Of a DNA stretch of 64,000 bases, positions 38,586 to 52,013 are shown in pieces. The notes under the pieces were generated by a model. That model was given only the letters and a program-made list of their open reading frames with translations. It was not told the DNA's origin and did no database searches. A program made the translations under genes and the position numbers. This DNA is from Cycas panzhihuaensis (taxonomy: Eukaryota > Plantae > Cycadophyta), in the NCBI GenBank assembly GCA_023213395.1, contig CM041465.1, positions 141,119,741 to 141,183,740 on the forward strand, written 5' to 3'. How positions within the stretch are numbered: position 1 is the first letter of the stretch; each line of letters begins with the position of its first letter.

Positions 38586-38976
38586 TGTAGTAACTATAGG
38601 AAAGAAGAGTTGGCCTATTTAAATAAGAGGGTCAATTGGTTATTTAAAGGTACCACCTGAAGACGATCAATATCATTTTTTGGACATTAGTTCATGGGAC
38701 CAACATTGCAACTTTGCCACAAGCATGATTTGAAAAAAAGAGTTAGGGAAGTCATTAAGAAGGCTTGAGAGCTTTCTAATATAAAACATCCATTTTAAAT
38801 AAAAGAAATAAAAAAGTAAAATTGAACAATTTATTTAAGTAGTTATAATTAATAAATAGTACAATGCAAGGTAGAGATCATGGCTTCATATATATGTCAA
38901 AGAGTAAAGTTATTCGAGGTGGAGATTGTGATCGTAGCTTATTTAATGATCTACATGAAAGCACTTCTAATGAATA

Positions 38977-39082
<106 letters not shown>

Positions 39083-40774
39083 ATAAGATATAATAATGAT
39101 AAATCAACATAACATTGAATGTTAATATGTTTGAATTATCTTATAACTTGATAAATATGAGGGCTTTTTCATTATTCATAGATTATTTTGAGTTCCCTAA
39201 TGCTCTCTAAGTGTAATAACTAACTTTATCATACAAAATCAATTTTCACTATAGAGATAATTAAAATTAAAACTTGTGAGTATTGTAAGAGAGGTGATTA
39301 GTCATTTGAGCATTGCTCTTTAGTTTGGACCATCTTCTTCATGATGTATTAATGGGTTTTGGAATTCAACATTATCTTGATCTTGGTTTTGATTAGCTAT
39401 TAATATTGTTTAGTCCATTTATCTTTAGCATCTCTCAATGTTTTTAAAGTATTCAAAACAAAGATAACATTAAGAAACAAGAAATGAGTATGGGCAAGCT
39501 TATGTTTGGAAAGTTAATGAATTTTTAAATGTATATCAAAGTTGTTTATGACCTACTTATGCATATAGACAAAAACCTATGCAATTATATTATGTTAGTG
39601 CTCATTCCACTATGTATAGTTAATATATAAATATTAGTTTATTTATTTAACTAGATCATAAAATATAATTATTTTTTTCCCCACTATCTTGTTTTGAACA
39701 TCCATCTTATATTAATAAACCAACTTGAGCACATCAACATATATAGATATATCAATGCCATATTTTAACAAATTGTTGAATCATTTTATCTTATAAATTT
39801 TGAAGTTTAACCAAGGAAAATAAGTAAAAAATATCTCTATGATCTACTTTTGATAATATCTCAGTAACACCCATATTTACTCAATCAACCTTATGTCACA
39901 ATTAACACATTTGGGTGCTTAACAAGCACTCTCACCTATGTCTATCATAACCAACTTAATTGATTTATGTCATACATGGAACATGATCCACTTAAAAAAT
40001 GTAAAGAATATCATATGAATTGCATGGATATTTTAATGTAGCATAAGCTTCATATTTAGAGAATACATAATGTCACATTCATACACATGTAGAGATAACA
40101 TTTATACTAGCTAGTTGTCTTTAAAAGTCTTGGGCATATGAATAGATTTTAAATACTTGTTTTTACTAGAATGATATCATTTTTTTTTTTTTTGTTAACT
40201 TAGACAAATTTCAAAGTTCAGTATGTCTTTTGTTTTATTTTAATGAAAATAAATCCAAGACTCACATAAGAATGCCTTTGATTAATCCCCCCCTGCCCCC
40301 CACCTTGAATAATTAACTCTTGTTGTTAATTTTTTATTATTTTATTTTATTTATTACTAAGTGTAAAAAATTAAATAAGAATTAAAAATTATATTTTATT
40401 CAATAACTTATAAGTAATTTTTTACATAAAACAACATAATACGATTGCCATTATTACTTATTCATTCAAAACAAGCTAGAGTTGTTTATCATCTACCATT
40501 TTGTTTTTATATTTCTATGCTATTGAGAGATTATGTTAAATTTAGTATGTAGGCAACACAAGAACAAAGAACACATGAAACATAATCTTTATTTTTAAGA
40601 GCATAAAATACATGTACTCATTTTTTCCATGGCACTAAGAATCTAGGAATTGTGACTAAATACTAAATAAGTAAAATGCTTGCTTATACTCCATAAATAA
40701 ACACAAAGAACATATAGCATATGAAACACAGAAAGTGGAATGATTTTTAAAAGAATGAATGCATGTAATCATTT

Positions 40775-40955
40775 TTATTGTGGTATGAGAATCTAAGAAA
40801 ATTTTAGCCACCCCACTAAACAAATAAAATAATGTTATTTGGTATTTTATACCATGACAGTTAACAATGATTTTATGATGGCATGAGAATCTAAGAAAAG
40901 TTTAGCCACCCCCACTAAACAAATAAAATAATATTATTTAGCATTTTTTTACCAC
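40775..40955 (+). repeat. About 97-bp tandem duplication upstream of the OMT gene
   Basis: TGAGAATCTAAGAAAA.TTTAGCCACCCCACTAAACAAATAAAATAAT occurs twice; a weaker third copy lies near 40630-40680. Confidence 0.8.
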
Positions 40956-41470
40956 AATACTTGACACTATTCCATAGAACATGTACGATCTATTTTACCA
41001 TCACATGGAGAATTAAGAATTCAAGAATTGTAGACCAAAATGATTGAATGGGAGGGTGTGCAATGATTAGATGTTTAGGCCATGCAATATATGCACTTAT
41101 TTCTACTGTGGCTTTTTGTTGTTTTAACTTTATAATAAGTGAAATTATGTTCCTTTTAATAAGGTTGAGTTATTGTCTTATATGTAATTGTGAGTGGACC
41201 ATATATAGGCCACCTCTTAGAATGAAGAAGGTTTTGTCAAACATGTTATAATGTGGCATTTATAATTAATCACGTACTCAATTTTTTGAGCTCTTTTAAG
41301 AGAATATAATACAAGTGAGAAGTATGCACCATGGTTTACACCTTGCTTGCAAGAGGTTAATATTAAATACATAATTTAAATATTAAATATTTTTTGTTTA
41401 AAAATAAAAATTACACAAGATAATATTAAAGCATAAAATATGATTTTTTTTTTTCCATACATTCACGCAA

Positions 41471-41518
41471 TACGTGTGTTTGTTCCTACCATGGCTGTCC
41501 CTCTCGATGACTATATAA
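41471..41518 (+). promoter_or_regulatory. Putative OMT core promoter: ACGT element, CCTACC (AC/MYB element), TATA box
   Basis: TACGTG at 41471, CCTACC at 41485, TATATAA at 41512-41518, about 60 bp before the ATG at 41575. Confidence 0.5.
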
Positions 41519-41953
41519 CAATGCTAATTGTGCGCCCCTTAAAACACATCGACTGGGGACTAAGTGGAGAGAAGATGGAGTCTTCATGGAATGATAAGAT
41601 TTCAGCATGGAATCTAGTGTTCTCCTTCGTGCCTGCCATGGCACTCAAATGCGCTCTCCTTCTCAAAATTCCAGATATCATTTCTGATCCAGGAGGATCT
41701 ACCATATGTTTACAGGATGCGGAAAATGCTAGGCATTGGCATAACTAAAAGAGATATGGCCAAATGGTATCAAAATTCTATGAAATTTTGTGTAAAGGGA
41801 GAAGACACATCCCACTAGATGTGTACAAAAGGTGGGGTTCAGAAAATATCATTTGATTAGAGTTCAAGCCTTGTCTTTTCATAAAAATTAATCCCACAGC
41901 TAGCAGAAAAAATAGAAAATATATATTATGATTATATGAATAGAAATATGGCC

Positions 41954-42294
41954 AAATGACATCCAAATGAGCTAAACTTTTGAGGAAGCGGAGGAGACAT
42001 GCGTTCCTATATATGTACCAAATTTGAGCTAAATTGGAGTCCGTTAAGCTTAGTTATAAGCCACAACTTTTAAGAATTGCATGAAGGCCACTTGGACAGT
42101 AGAAAAACAACAAATACATATTATTATTAAATGAATAAAAATGAAGTCAAATGACATTCAAATGAACTAAAAATTTGAGGAAGCTGAGGGGACATGTGTT
42201 CCTATATGTGTACCAAATTTGAGCCAAATTGGAGTACTTTAAGATCTATTACAATCTGCAACTATTTAAGAATTGTATGAAGGCCACTTGGACA
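41954..42294 (+). repeat. About 195-bp tandem duplication inside the Gypsy LTR (also in the 3' LTR at about 47577-47917)
   Basis: CAAATGACAT.CAAATGA.CTAAA...GAAGGCCACTTGGACA occurs twice. Confidence 0.88.
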
Positions 42295-42779
42295 ACATGC
42301 ATTCTGGTGGTTAGTGGTTATACTTGCATGATTGCCACTTGTTAAACATGCAATTCAGATTTCTTTCTATAAATTGAGCCCTTCTATAGGTTGGAGAGGT
42401 TGTTCTTGGAGACTTGACTTGGGAAGCATCCTTGGAGAAGCATTTAGAGGGTTGGAATCCCCCTTATGGTATAATTGTATCATTTATTCCTTGTAATTTT
42501 ACCATTCTTTTGCTAGTTGATTTCTCCACCATTAAATGGAGATTTTCATAGTTTAATAAAAGTACTACTCCTCATACATTTGGATCAATGTAAAGAATAA
42601 ATGATTTGATGTAGAATTTCCTTTCGTAAGCTTATTGTTGTTTTGATGTTATTGAGCTTTCTACACTAACTCCCAAGATCTCAAGGAGAAAAGGTTGATA
42701 ATTGACTTCTTCACCAACTAAGCTCTTTTAGGATCATATTTTGGTATCAGAGCCTCTAATCTTTTTTGTAGGGACTTGA

Positions 42780-45700
42780 ATGGTACAAACAAGGAAAGGA
42801 TATAAAGAGAAAGGTGAAGACTTTCTTATGTTGCAATCACCAAGAAGACAAAGAAAGAATCCAAGCACCATGGCTGAAAAAGAAGATGGAGAAATTAGAT
42901 TTGAAAAGCTTGAGAAGAACGTAGAAGCCTTGATGCAAATGATGACCCACCTTCTACCTCTAGTCAAAGGAAAAGGCAAATAGAATGAATTTGAAGGAGG
43001 ATCCACATATGACCACAACCATGAAGAGGAAGAGGAGGAGACCTTAAAGCACTCTTTTGAAGAAAGCAAGGGTACTTCATCTCATCAACCCTTCAAGGTG
43101 GAGGCAAAGTTGGATATTCCAACTTATGATGGAGAGGTAAATGCTCAAAAGCTTTCATTTGCTAGGCTCAAGTTGTGTAAACATGCATTGACATGGTGGA
43201 ATGCATATTTGAAGACTCATGATGTATCTTCTTTTTCATGGAGGGATTTTAAGAAAATAATAAAGAAGCAATTCTACCCCATAGGTCATGAGGAAGACCA
43301 ATGGGTCACTTGGCAATATTTACGCCAAGGGAGAGGTGTAAGTGTCCAAGACTATACTTCTTTATTTTTAGGCATGGCATGCTACTTGGTATTAATATGG
43401 ATGAACATGTCACTCTTATGAAATTCATTAGAGGATTACATGAATACATAAGGAAGGAACTAAGGCTTTTTAAGGTTCAATCCATTGGAGAAGCAAGTAG
43501 GATGGCTATGGCAATAGAAAGTAAAAGTAAGAAATCTACATTCATATCTAAAGATTCTACTTTTACTTCTAATAAGTATGAAAAGAATCCTAAATTGCAC
43601 TCATCTAAGAGGCAAGAAGGAAAGAAGAAAAGAACTAATTTTGTTAAAAGTTCTAATTATTGTGAGCATTGTGATATTAGTGGTCATATTATAGCAAAGT
43701 GTTGGAAGTTGCATCCAGAACTAAAGCCGAAGCATATCAAGGATATGGAATTAAGAAAGAAGGAAAAAGGGAAAGCACTACTTTCTGAGGTGGAGATTCA
43801 AAGTGAAGGAGAAGAAGAGAAGGTTACTCTACTTACAAATTATGAAGATGATGCTACAAGGGAGGAACTATTTCACTTGAAGCTTCAAGTAGGAAATAGT
43901 ATGATTGGTGCCATTATAGATACAGGGAGCCAAAAGAATTTGATCTCAGAAAGTTTGGTAAAGAGCATTGGGTTGGTAACTACTCCTCACCCTCACCCAT
44001 ATCCTCTTGGTTGGATCCATAAAGATGTGGAAATGCAAATATCAAAGCAATGTACATTTAAATTTTCCATCACTAATGATTTTGTTGATGAAGTAATATG
44101 TGATGTGGTGCCACTGGATGTATGCCATGTTGTGCTTGGAAGTCCCTACTTGTGGGATCGAGATGTACTCTTCTATCGAAGGGAGAGAAAGTATCGATTG
44201 GTGAAGGATAACAAGGGCTTCATCATAAAGGCCACAAAGAAGCACTTGGATAAGATAGCATTAATTTCAACTACTCAAGCAAAAAGGATGATCAATGCAT
44301 GTGGTAAATTGGTCATTTTAATGGTAAGGAGAAAAGAAGAGCCAAGAGATGAAGAAGGTCCTTCTACTCACACTCTTCTTATATCACCTAAACAAATGCA
44401 ACAAATTGAGGAGTTAAAGACAAGGTATGATATTCTATTTCAACATGTTGATGGGCTTCCACCAAAGAGAAAGATAGAGCATGAAATCACTCTTGTAGGA
44501 GATGCACCATTACCTAATGTTGCTTTGTATAGGCACTCCATTGTAGAGAATAATGAGATAAAGAGGCAAGTTGAAGAGTTGCTTGATCAAGGGGTCATAA
44601 GACCTTCATGTTCACCTTGTGGGTCACCAATTGTCTTGGTGCCTAAGAAGGATGGAGGATGGAGAATGTGTATAGATTTTCGTGCTTTGAATAAAATTAC
44701 AATTAAAATCGCTACCCTTTGCCTCGCATAGATGATTTGCTTGATCAAATTCAACATGCTTGTTATTTCACTAAATTGGATTTAAAAAGTGGTTATCACC
44801 AAGTTAGGGTCAAGGAGGAGGACACATGGAAGACGGCCTTCAAAATAAAGTAAGGACTCTTTGAATGGATGGTTATGCCTTTCGGATTGTGTAATGCTCC
44901 TGCAACATTCATGAGGCTAATGAATGAAATGTTAAGGCCTTACTTGGATAATTTTGTTGTTGTCTATCTTGATGACATTTTGATTTTCAAAGAACACATG
45001 GGAGGAACATTTGCAGCACATAGAAGAAGTTTTAAAGATTATGGCTAAGCATCATTTGAAGCTTAATGTGAAGAAGTGTGAATTTGGCAAGGAAAACTTG
45101 ATCTTCTTAGGCTTTGTGGTTGGAGGAGGAAAGTTGAGCATTGATCCACTCAAGACTCAAGCCATCCTCAAATGACCGAGGCCAACAAACATCACAGAGG
45201 TGAGAAGTTTTTTAGGAGCTTGCCAATACTTGAGAAAGTTTATTCTTCATTTCTCACAGTTGCAAAGCACCTCTACATGGATTGACAAAATCTAGTAGAA
45301 AGTTTACTTGGGGTTCCAAGGAGGAAGAAGCCTTTCTTCTTTTAAAGAAGAAAATTTGTGAAGCTTAGGTTTTGGCAATGCCAAATTTGCAAAGGCCTTT
45401 TGAAGTAGAAGTCGATGCAAGTGGAAATGCGATGGGAGCTGTCCTTATTCAAGATGGGAAGCCTATTGCGTACCATTCAGAAGTCTTCACCCTTCAAGTG
45501 AAGAACTACCCAACATATGATTGAGAAATGTTCGCACTTCATCAAGCATGCAAGCATTGGAGGTCATACTTGCTCGGAAAAGAGGTTGTAGTTCATACCG
45601 ATCATAAGCCTCTTCAATTTTTACAAACTCAAAGTAAATTACAGCAAGCAAGACATATGAAGTGGATGAGTTATTTACAACAATTCAATATTGTAATTAA

Positions 45701-47260
45701 GTATAAAAAGGGATCTAATAACAAAATTGCTGATATGTTATCTAGACCACCTTGTTCCACTTCTTCTTCTACTTTTGTTTGTAGTTCTCTTATGAGTTTG
45801 CGGTGTGGAACCAATGCATCATGAAGAGTACAAAGACTTGTACCATGAAGATGAAGCTTTGAAGGAAGAATTAGAGAACCTAGTGAAAGGAAGACCTTCC
45901 CAGCTTGCTTGGAAGGATGGTCTACTTTTCAAAGGGGAGCAGCTCTATGTTCCATCAAAGGAGACAAGATCAAGTGGCTTAGAGAAGCCCATACTTCTAA
46001 AGTAGCTGGTCATTTTGGTATAGAGAAGACTTTAGCAAACTTGAGAAGATATGTTGTATAGCCAAAAATGCAAAATGATGTAAAAAAATATGTAAAAGGA
46101 TGTGTAATGTGTAATACTTCTAAGCCTTCTTCTAGAAAATTAGGATTGTATACACCACTTCCTATTCCCACTAGACCTTGGGAAAGTATCTCCATTGATT
46201 TTTTAGGAGGACTTCCCATGACTAGGAAGGGACATGATTATCTTTTTGTTGTTGTAGATAGGTTTAGTAAAATGATATGTCTAATACCTTGTAAGAAGAC
46301 AATCACAGGTATAGGAGCAGCTGAGTTATTCTTCGAGCATGTATGGAAGAATTTTGGCTTGCCTTCTTCCATCATTTTAGATCGGGACACTCGATTCCTT
46401 TCATCATTTTGGAAGTCACTATGGGAGATGATGGATACCAAATTGAAGAGGAGTACAAGTTTCCATCCTCAAACAGATGGACAAACCGAAGTAGTGAACA
46501 GAACTTTGGCACATCTATTGAGGGGATACAATTCCAAGCATCCAAAGACTTAGGATGAATCATTGGCTTTTCTACAATTTGCTTTTAATAGAGCAATGCA
46601 TGCATCACACTCTAAAGCACCTTTTGAAGTTTGTTTGGGATACTTACCTCAAAGTCCATTTGACTTAGAGTTTTCCATGCAAGCTAAGGAAGGATCCACA
46701 AAGAGAAGGAGGAGCATGACAAGGCTTTAAGATACTTGGAGAAGATCCAGAGAGTCCACAAAGAAGTACATGATCAACTTCTAAGGACTCAATAAAAGTA
46801 CAAGGAAAGACATGACAAGCATAGGCAAGAGTGTACTTTCCAAGAAGGAGATTTAGTATGGTTATACTTGAGCAAGGAGAGGTTAAAAGGAGAAGGTAAG
46901 AAACTCAAACCTATAAGGTATGGACCATTCGAGATTTTGAGAAAAGTAGGTGGCAATGCTTTCCAACTTGATCTTCCACCTTATATGCAAATATATTCAG
47001 TAGTAAATGCTGAATATTTAAAACTCTTTGAGCCCTCCATGCTAGATGAGGAATAGGACCAGTTCACTTTACCTTCAGTTGATGATTTATATTTGGAAAG
47101 TGAGGAGCCTCCCAAGGAAGATTGTATCTTGGAGAGAAAATCTACCAAAACAAGACATAAGACACATGAATCTTTCAGGATTGGAGTAGCAAGGCAATTG
47201 CCTAGTAAGGCCAAGTGGTTTAGTAGGAAACAAGGAGAACAACACTTCCCCCATCTCTAA
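42780..47260 (+). pseudogene. Gypsy gag-PR-RT-RH-INT polyprotein with several stops and frameshifts
   Basis: CEHCDISGHIIAKC knuckle, [47 protein letters not shown], and a degenerate chromodomain/CR-like tail. Confidence 0.95.
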
Positions 47261-50200
47261 TTCTAAGCCAAACAGGAGTTGGCTATTTTCCAAGGAAGGG
47301 GGAGCCATGATCCAAGAGGATCTACCATATGTTTACAAGATGCGGAAAATGCTAGGCATCGGCATAACTAAAAGAGATATGGCCAAATGGTATCAAAATT
47401 CTACGAAATTTTGTGCAAAGGGAGAAGACACATCCCACTAGATGTGTACAAAAGGTGGGGTTCAGAAAATGTCATTTGATTAGAGTTCAAGCCTTGTCTT
47501 TGCATAAAAATTAATCCCACAGCTAGCAGAAAGAATAGAAAATATATATTATCATTATATAAATAGAAATATGGCCAAATGACATCCAAATGAGATAAAA
47601 TTTTGAGGAAGCAGAGGAGACATGTGTTCCTATATGTGTAACAAATTTGAGCTAAATTGGAGTCCGTTAAGGTTAGTTACAAGCTGAAACTTTTAAGAAT
47701 TACATGAAGGCCACTTGGACAACAGAAAAACAGCAAATACATATTATTATTGAATGAATAAAAATGCAGTCAAATGACATCCAAATGAGCTAAAAATTTG
47801 AGGAAGCTGAGGAAACATACGTTCCTATATGTGTACCAAATTTGAGATAAATTGGAGTATGTTAAGATCTATTACAAGCTGCAATGTTTTAAGAATTATA
47901 TGAAGGCCACTTGGACAACATGCATTCTGGTGGTTAGTGGTTATACTTGCATGATTGCCACTTGTTAAACATGCAATTCAGATTTCTTTCTATAAATTGA
48001 GCCCTTCTATAGGTTGGAGAGGTGGTTCTTGGAGACTTGACTTGGGAAGCATCCTTGGAGAAGCATTTGGAGGGTTGGAATGCCCCTTATGGTATAATTG
48101 TATTATTTATTCCTTGTAATTTTACCATTCTTTTGCTAGTTGATTTCTCCACCATTAAATGGAGATTTTCATAGTTTAATAAAAGTACTACTCCTCATAC
48201 ATTTGGATCAATGTCAAGAATAAATGATTTGGTGTAGAATTTCCTTTCATAAGCTCATTGTTGTTTTGATGTTATTGAGCTTTCTACACTAACTCCCAGG
48301 ATCTCAAGGAGAAAAGGTTGATAATTGACTTCTTCACCAACTAAGCTCTTTTGGGATCAATTTCAAGCGCCGGCGATGCCGCTCTCTCCACCCGAGATCT
48401 CGCCACCCGCATGAAAAGGGCCCCCAATTTGGATTATCTATGTCAAATCATGAGATATCTTTCCAGCATTGGGGTTTTCAAGGAACTCGGAACCCACGGT
48501 GAGAGTGTTTACGGTCTCACACAGATGACGAGATCGTATTTCGTGAGAGAATGGAATCCGATGAGCATGGGAGCATACCATCTGTGGATAAATGAGGAGG
48601 TGAGCCAAGTGGGTTGGCACCATTTGGGAGAAAGCGTAGTGGAAGGGCGCAGTGCGTTTGAGATATTCCATGGGAAATCCGTGTGGGATTACGCAAAAGA
48701 TGATGCCCGCTACAACCAACTGGTGAACCATGGAATGAGGTCTCTCACCGCCGGACTGATGAAAGATATGTTGGAGGAGTACGATGGGTTTAAGGAGGTG
48801 ACCACTTTGGTAGACATTGGTGGAGGAGTTGGGGAAGCGTTGAATGAAATAATTAGGTTATATCCTCACATCAACGCCATCAACTTCGACCTTCCCCACG
48901 TGGTCGCAGCCGCACCCTTCTAACTTTATTTCCTCGCCTTTCTTTCGTACTAAATTGAATAATGCGTTTTGAGGGGACTCACCCTTTTGTTATCCGTTTT
49001 CAAGGAATTGAATTTTGGTTGGAGTTACAGCCCATTCTGGGGCTACTATTCTTTATTTCATCTTTTATTGATGTTCTAGTTTATACGTAGAAGATGGTCT
49101 ATTTTTTATTGATATCTTAGACTCCCTTTCACAGGCATAAAGCACGCAGGTGGAAATATGTTTGAGAGCATACCTTCTGGAGATGCGCTTTTAATAAAGC
49201 TATGGCTTTAATTCTTCCTTTTCAAAATTTCATTCTTTCTCTCTTCTTTGAAATATAAAATAATAAGAAACCTTTACTACTCAAGTTCTTATTTAGCAAG
49301 TTTGACTAATAAGGTCCTTGCAAAATTTCAAGCTTCACTCAGTCATTGAAAATAGTTGAATTTCATAACTCACTCTTTTAAACTAGTCTATAGGAAATAT
49401 AATAGTCATTAATTTCTAGATCATTAACTGCTTTATTTAATTTTGGATTGATTTACATGAGCAGCATGTCCTACATGATTGGGATGATAGAAGTTGCACT
49501 CAAATACTGAAGAATTGTTTCAAGGCTTTACCAGAAAATGGGAAACTCATATTAGCAGAGGGAGTGTTGGATGTATCTCAATCTTCATACCAATCCCTCC
49601 AACTCTTAGATCTAACAATGTTTACTCTTATCAATGGGGGTAAGGAGAGGAGCTGACAACAATGGATTGAGCTTCTTGCAGAGGTCATATTTTATGTAAA
49701 GAAGATTGTTGGAAGGGGGGAAAGTCTAATTAAGATTATTGAAGCCATCAAAGCTTAAGAGTGATTTTTCTATCTTCTGTTATCTTGATTTTATAGATTG
49801 AGGTAAAGAGATTTCCATCCAAAGAGAGGACATGTGTTACACCAATAATGAAATAACTTATTAATATGTAATGTATCCATGCTTACTAACTAGTCAACTT
49901 TCTTTCTTTATTTCTTGTGAAAAAAGAAAATCAAGTATCTAGTTATAATCTTGACTATTTTATCTATTATTTTAAGAAAAAAAAAAATCATAAAGGATGT
50001 TTGGCAATGTCATCAATATTCAATCTATCCAATATGTACTTATTATTTTGGCATAGCTAATATTATCGACTAATTTGGTTTCATTAATTGATTCTCTATA
50101 TATGGTAGTTTTCTAAAATTATGCTACATGAGAATGACAAATTATTGTCTATCTATAAGGGTATACACACACACACACACACATGCATATATACATATGT

Positions 50201-51151
50201 GTATGTGTTTGTGGGTGGGTGGGTTTGTCAATGTATATGGTATAATAATAATAATGATATGATGAAAATAGTATGGTATGATGAAGATTATGACTAATTG
50301 TGATTATTATAATAGTTATTATAGAGATGATTTTAACGATGTAATAGTGACCCTATAAATGTGTTTTTTCCTCAAATATTATAATGCATCATTAATGAAT
50401 AGTACACACTATTACCTAAAATATTATTTACATTTTATAATATTATAAAACATTATATTCTAGTGTCTATTCCATGTTTTAATATCTAATGTAATGTTGC
50501 TAGGTAAAATCTTTTACTAGATCACATAAAGGCATGTGGCCCCATAGAAATAGAGAACATCAAGTCAATTAAATTATTTCATATAAAAAATGTAAGTCGA
50601 TAATAGATACATTATAACATCACATCATTCCATAACTATGAAACATTTACCCTGTAACGTTTAGATCTATGATAAGGTTAACATTGCATGGGAACATTAG
50701 AATTACATATCACATATGTTGCATTCTTATATTATTATAAATGATAATAAAAGAGACCATTGTAATGGTTGAAACGTTATGTTAATATCAATGTATTACT
50801 ATTTTAGTAATGTCTTCTTTGATAATTAAAATGGCCATAAAATCTTAACATAATATTATGATAATTATTACTATGACCCAAAAATGTAATTATGCCAATA
50901 AGATGATTCTAGTCCTCTAAGAGAGATTAAGGTAATAGACCATTAGTTTTAAGAATGTGGATTATGCATATTAAGCACCTAAAATATATGCACATATTAT
51001 TAAGCAAAGTAAGAAGTGTATCATTAGAGCTACACTATTAAATTACTCATATATAATTCACACCTGCATGTTATAAAGTAAGAATTGTAAGGAAGATAAT
51101 TCTATCATTCATCTTATTTTTCTTATTATCTGAAAGTATGATATTATTGTA

Positions 51152-51936
51152 TATTGAAGATTAATATTTATTAGGCTCATAACATATAATTATGAACTAC
51201 CCCCTTTGTTCATGTATTATAAGTTTATTATTCCAATTCTTTGTAGTATGATAATGATGAGTAACTATGGTTATATCACATTCCTTATATGTGTCAATCA
51301 TAAGGTAATTAATATTTGTTTTGAGTTTATATGTATGCAATAATTTTGTGCATTATAAAAAAAGGGTATTTAAATGAGAAGAGATAAATTTTAAAAATTA
51401 GTAATTAAAAAAAACAAAAAATTATATGGGTTTATCCTTCTCATATTATTTAATCTTAGTTACTAGTTTCCACATGGCATTAGAGTTGTTCAGGTGTAAT
51501 CTAGCTAGTTCTAATCCCTTATTACATAAGTCAAAAGTTTATTGTAGGTAGCTATATTATTATAGAATAACATATTTATATGTTTTGATACTTGAAACTT
51601 ATATTATGATTTTAATGTATTTATTATCTTGAGTTATTTAAGTGTTTAGATAAATTTTTAAGTGCTTTATGTATGTGTGATTTCCATTGATAAGGCATGT
51701 TATAGGATTATTTCAATATATTTTTCAATGTTCCAAACATCATCTTTGAAGTAGAAGCACTCCTCTTAAGGCCTATTTTCAAACACAAACCTCTAAGTAT
51801 TATTAAGCAGATATAATTTGTAAATATTTCATAGAGGAGATACTATCAAATAGGGTGCATAGTTGTATTTTGATTTTAAGGTAAAATCAAATCATTAATA
51901 AGTTTAAAATACTTGTTTCCTCATGATATCTAATCA

Positions 51937-52013
<77 letters not shown>

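Larger units (their letters stand above)
41685..48359 (+). mobile_element. Full-length Ty3/Gypsy LTR retrotransposon (CRM-like lineage probable) inserted in OMT exon 1
   Basis: 1052-bp LTRs 41685-42736 and 47308-48359 (about 95% similar by eye), perfect TSD ATTTC, PBS TGGTATCAGAGC at 42742-42753, PPT at 47292-47304. Confidence 0.97.
41575..49758 (+). pseudogene. Class II (COMT-type) SAM-dependent O-methyltransferase pseudogene; exons 41575-41684 + 48365-about 48920, 49135-49199, 49465-49758
   Basis: MALKCALLLKIPDII dimerisation motif, LVDIGGGVG, FDLPHVV, GGNMFESIPSGDA, HVLHDW, GGKER. Lesions: Gypsy insertion, no GT donor after exon 1 (TAA instead), exon 2 donor CT, TGA at 49654. Confidence 0.93.

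Noticed and set aside
50407-50812. CACTA-like MITE
   Set aside because: Terminal inverted repeats too degenerate and no TSD confirmed.
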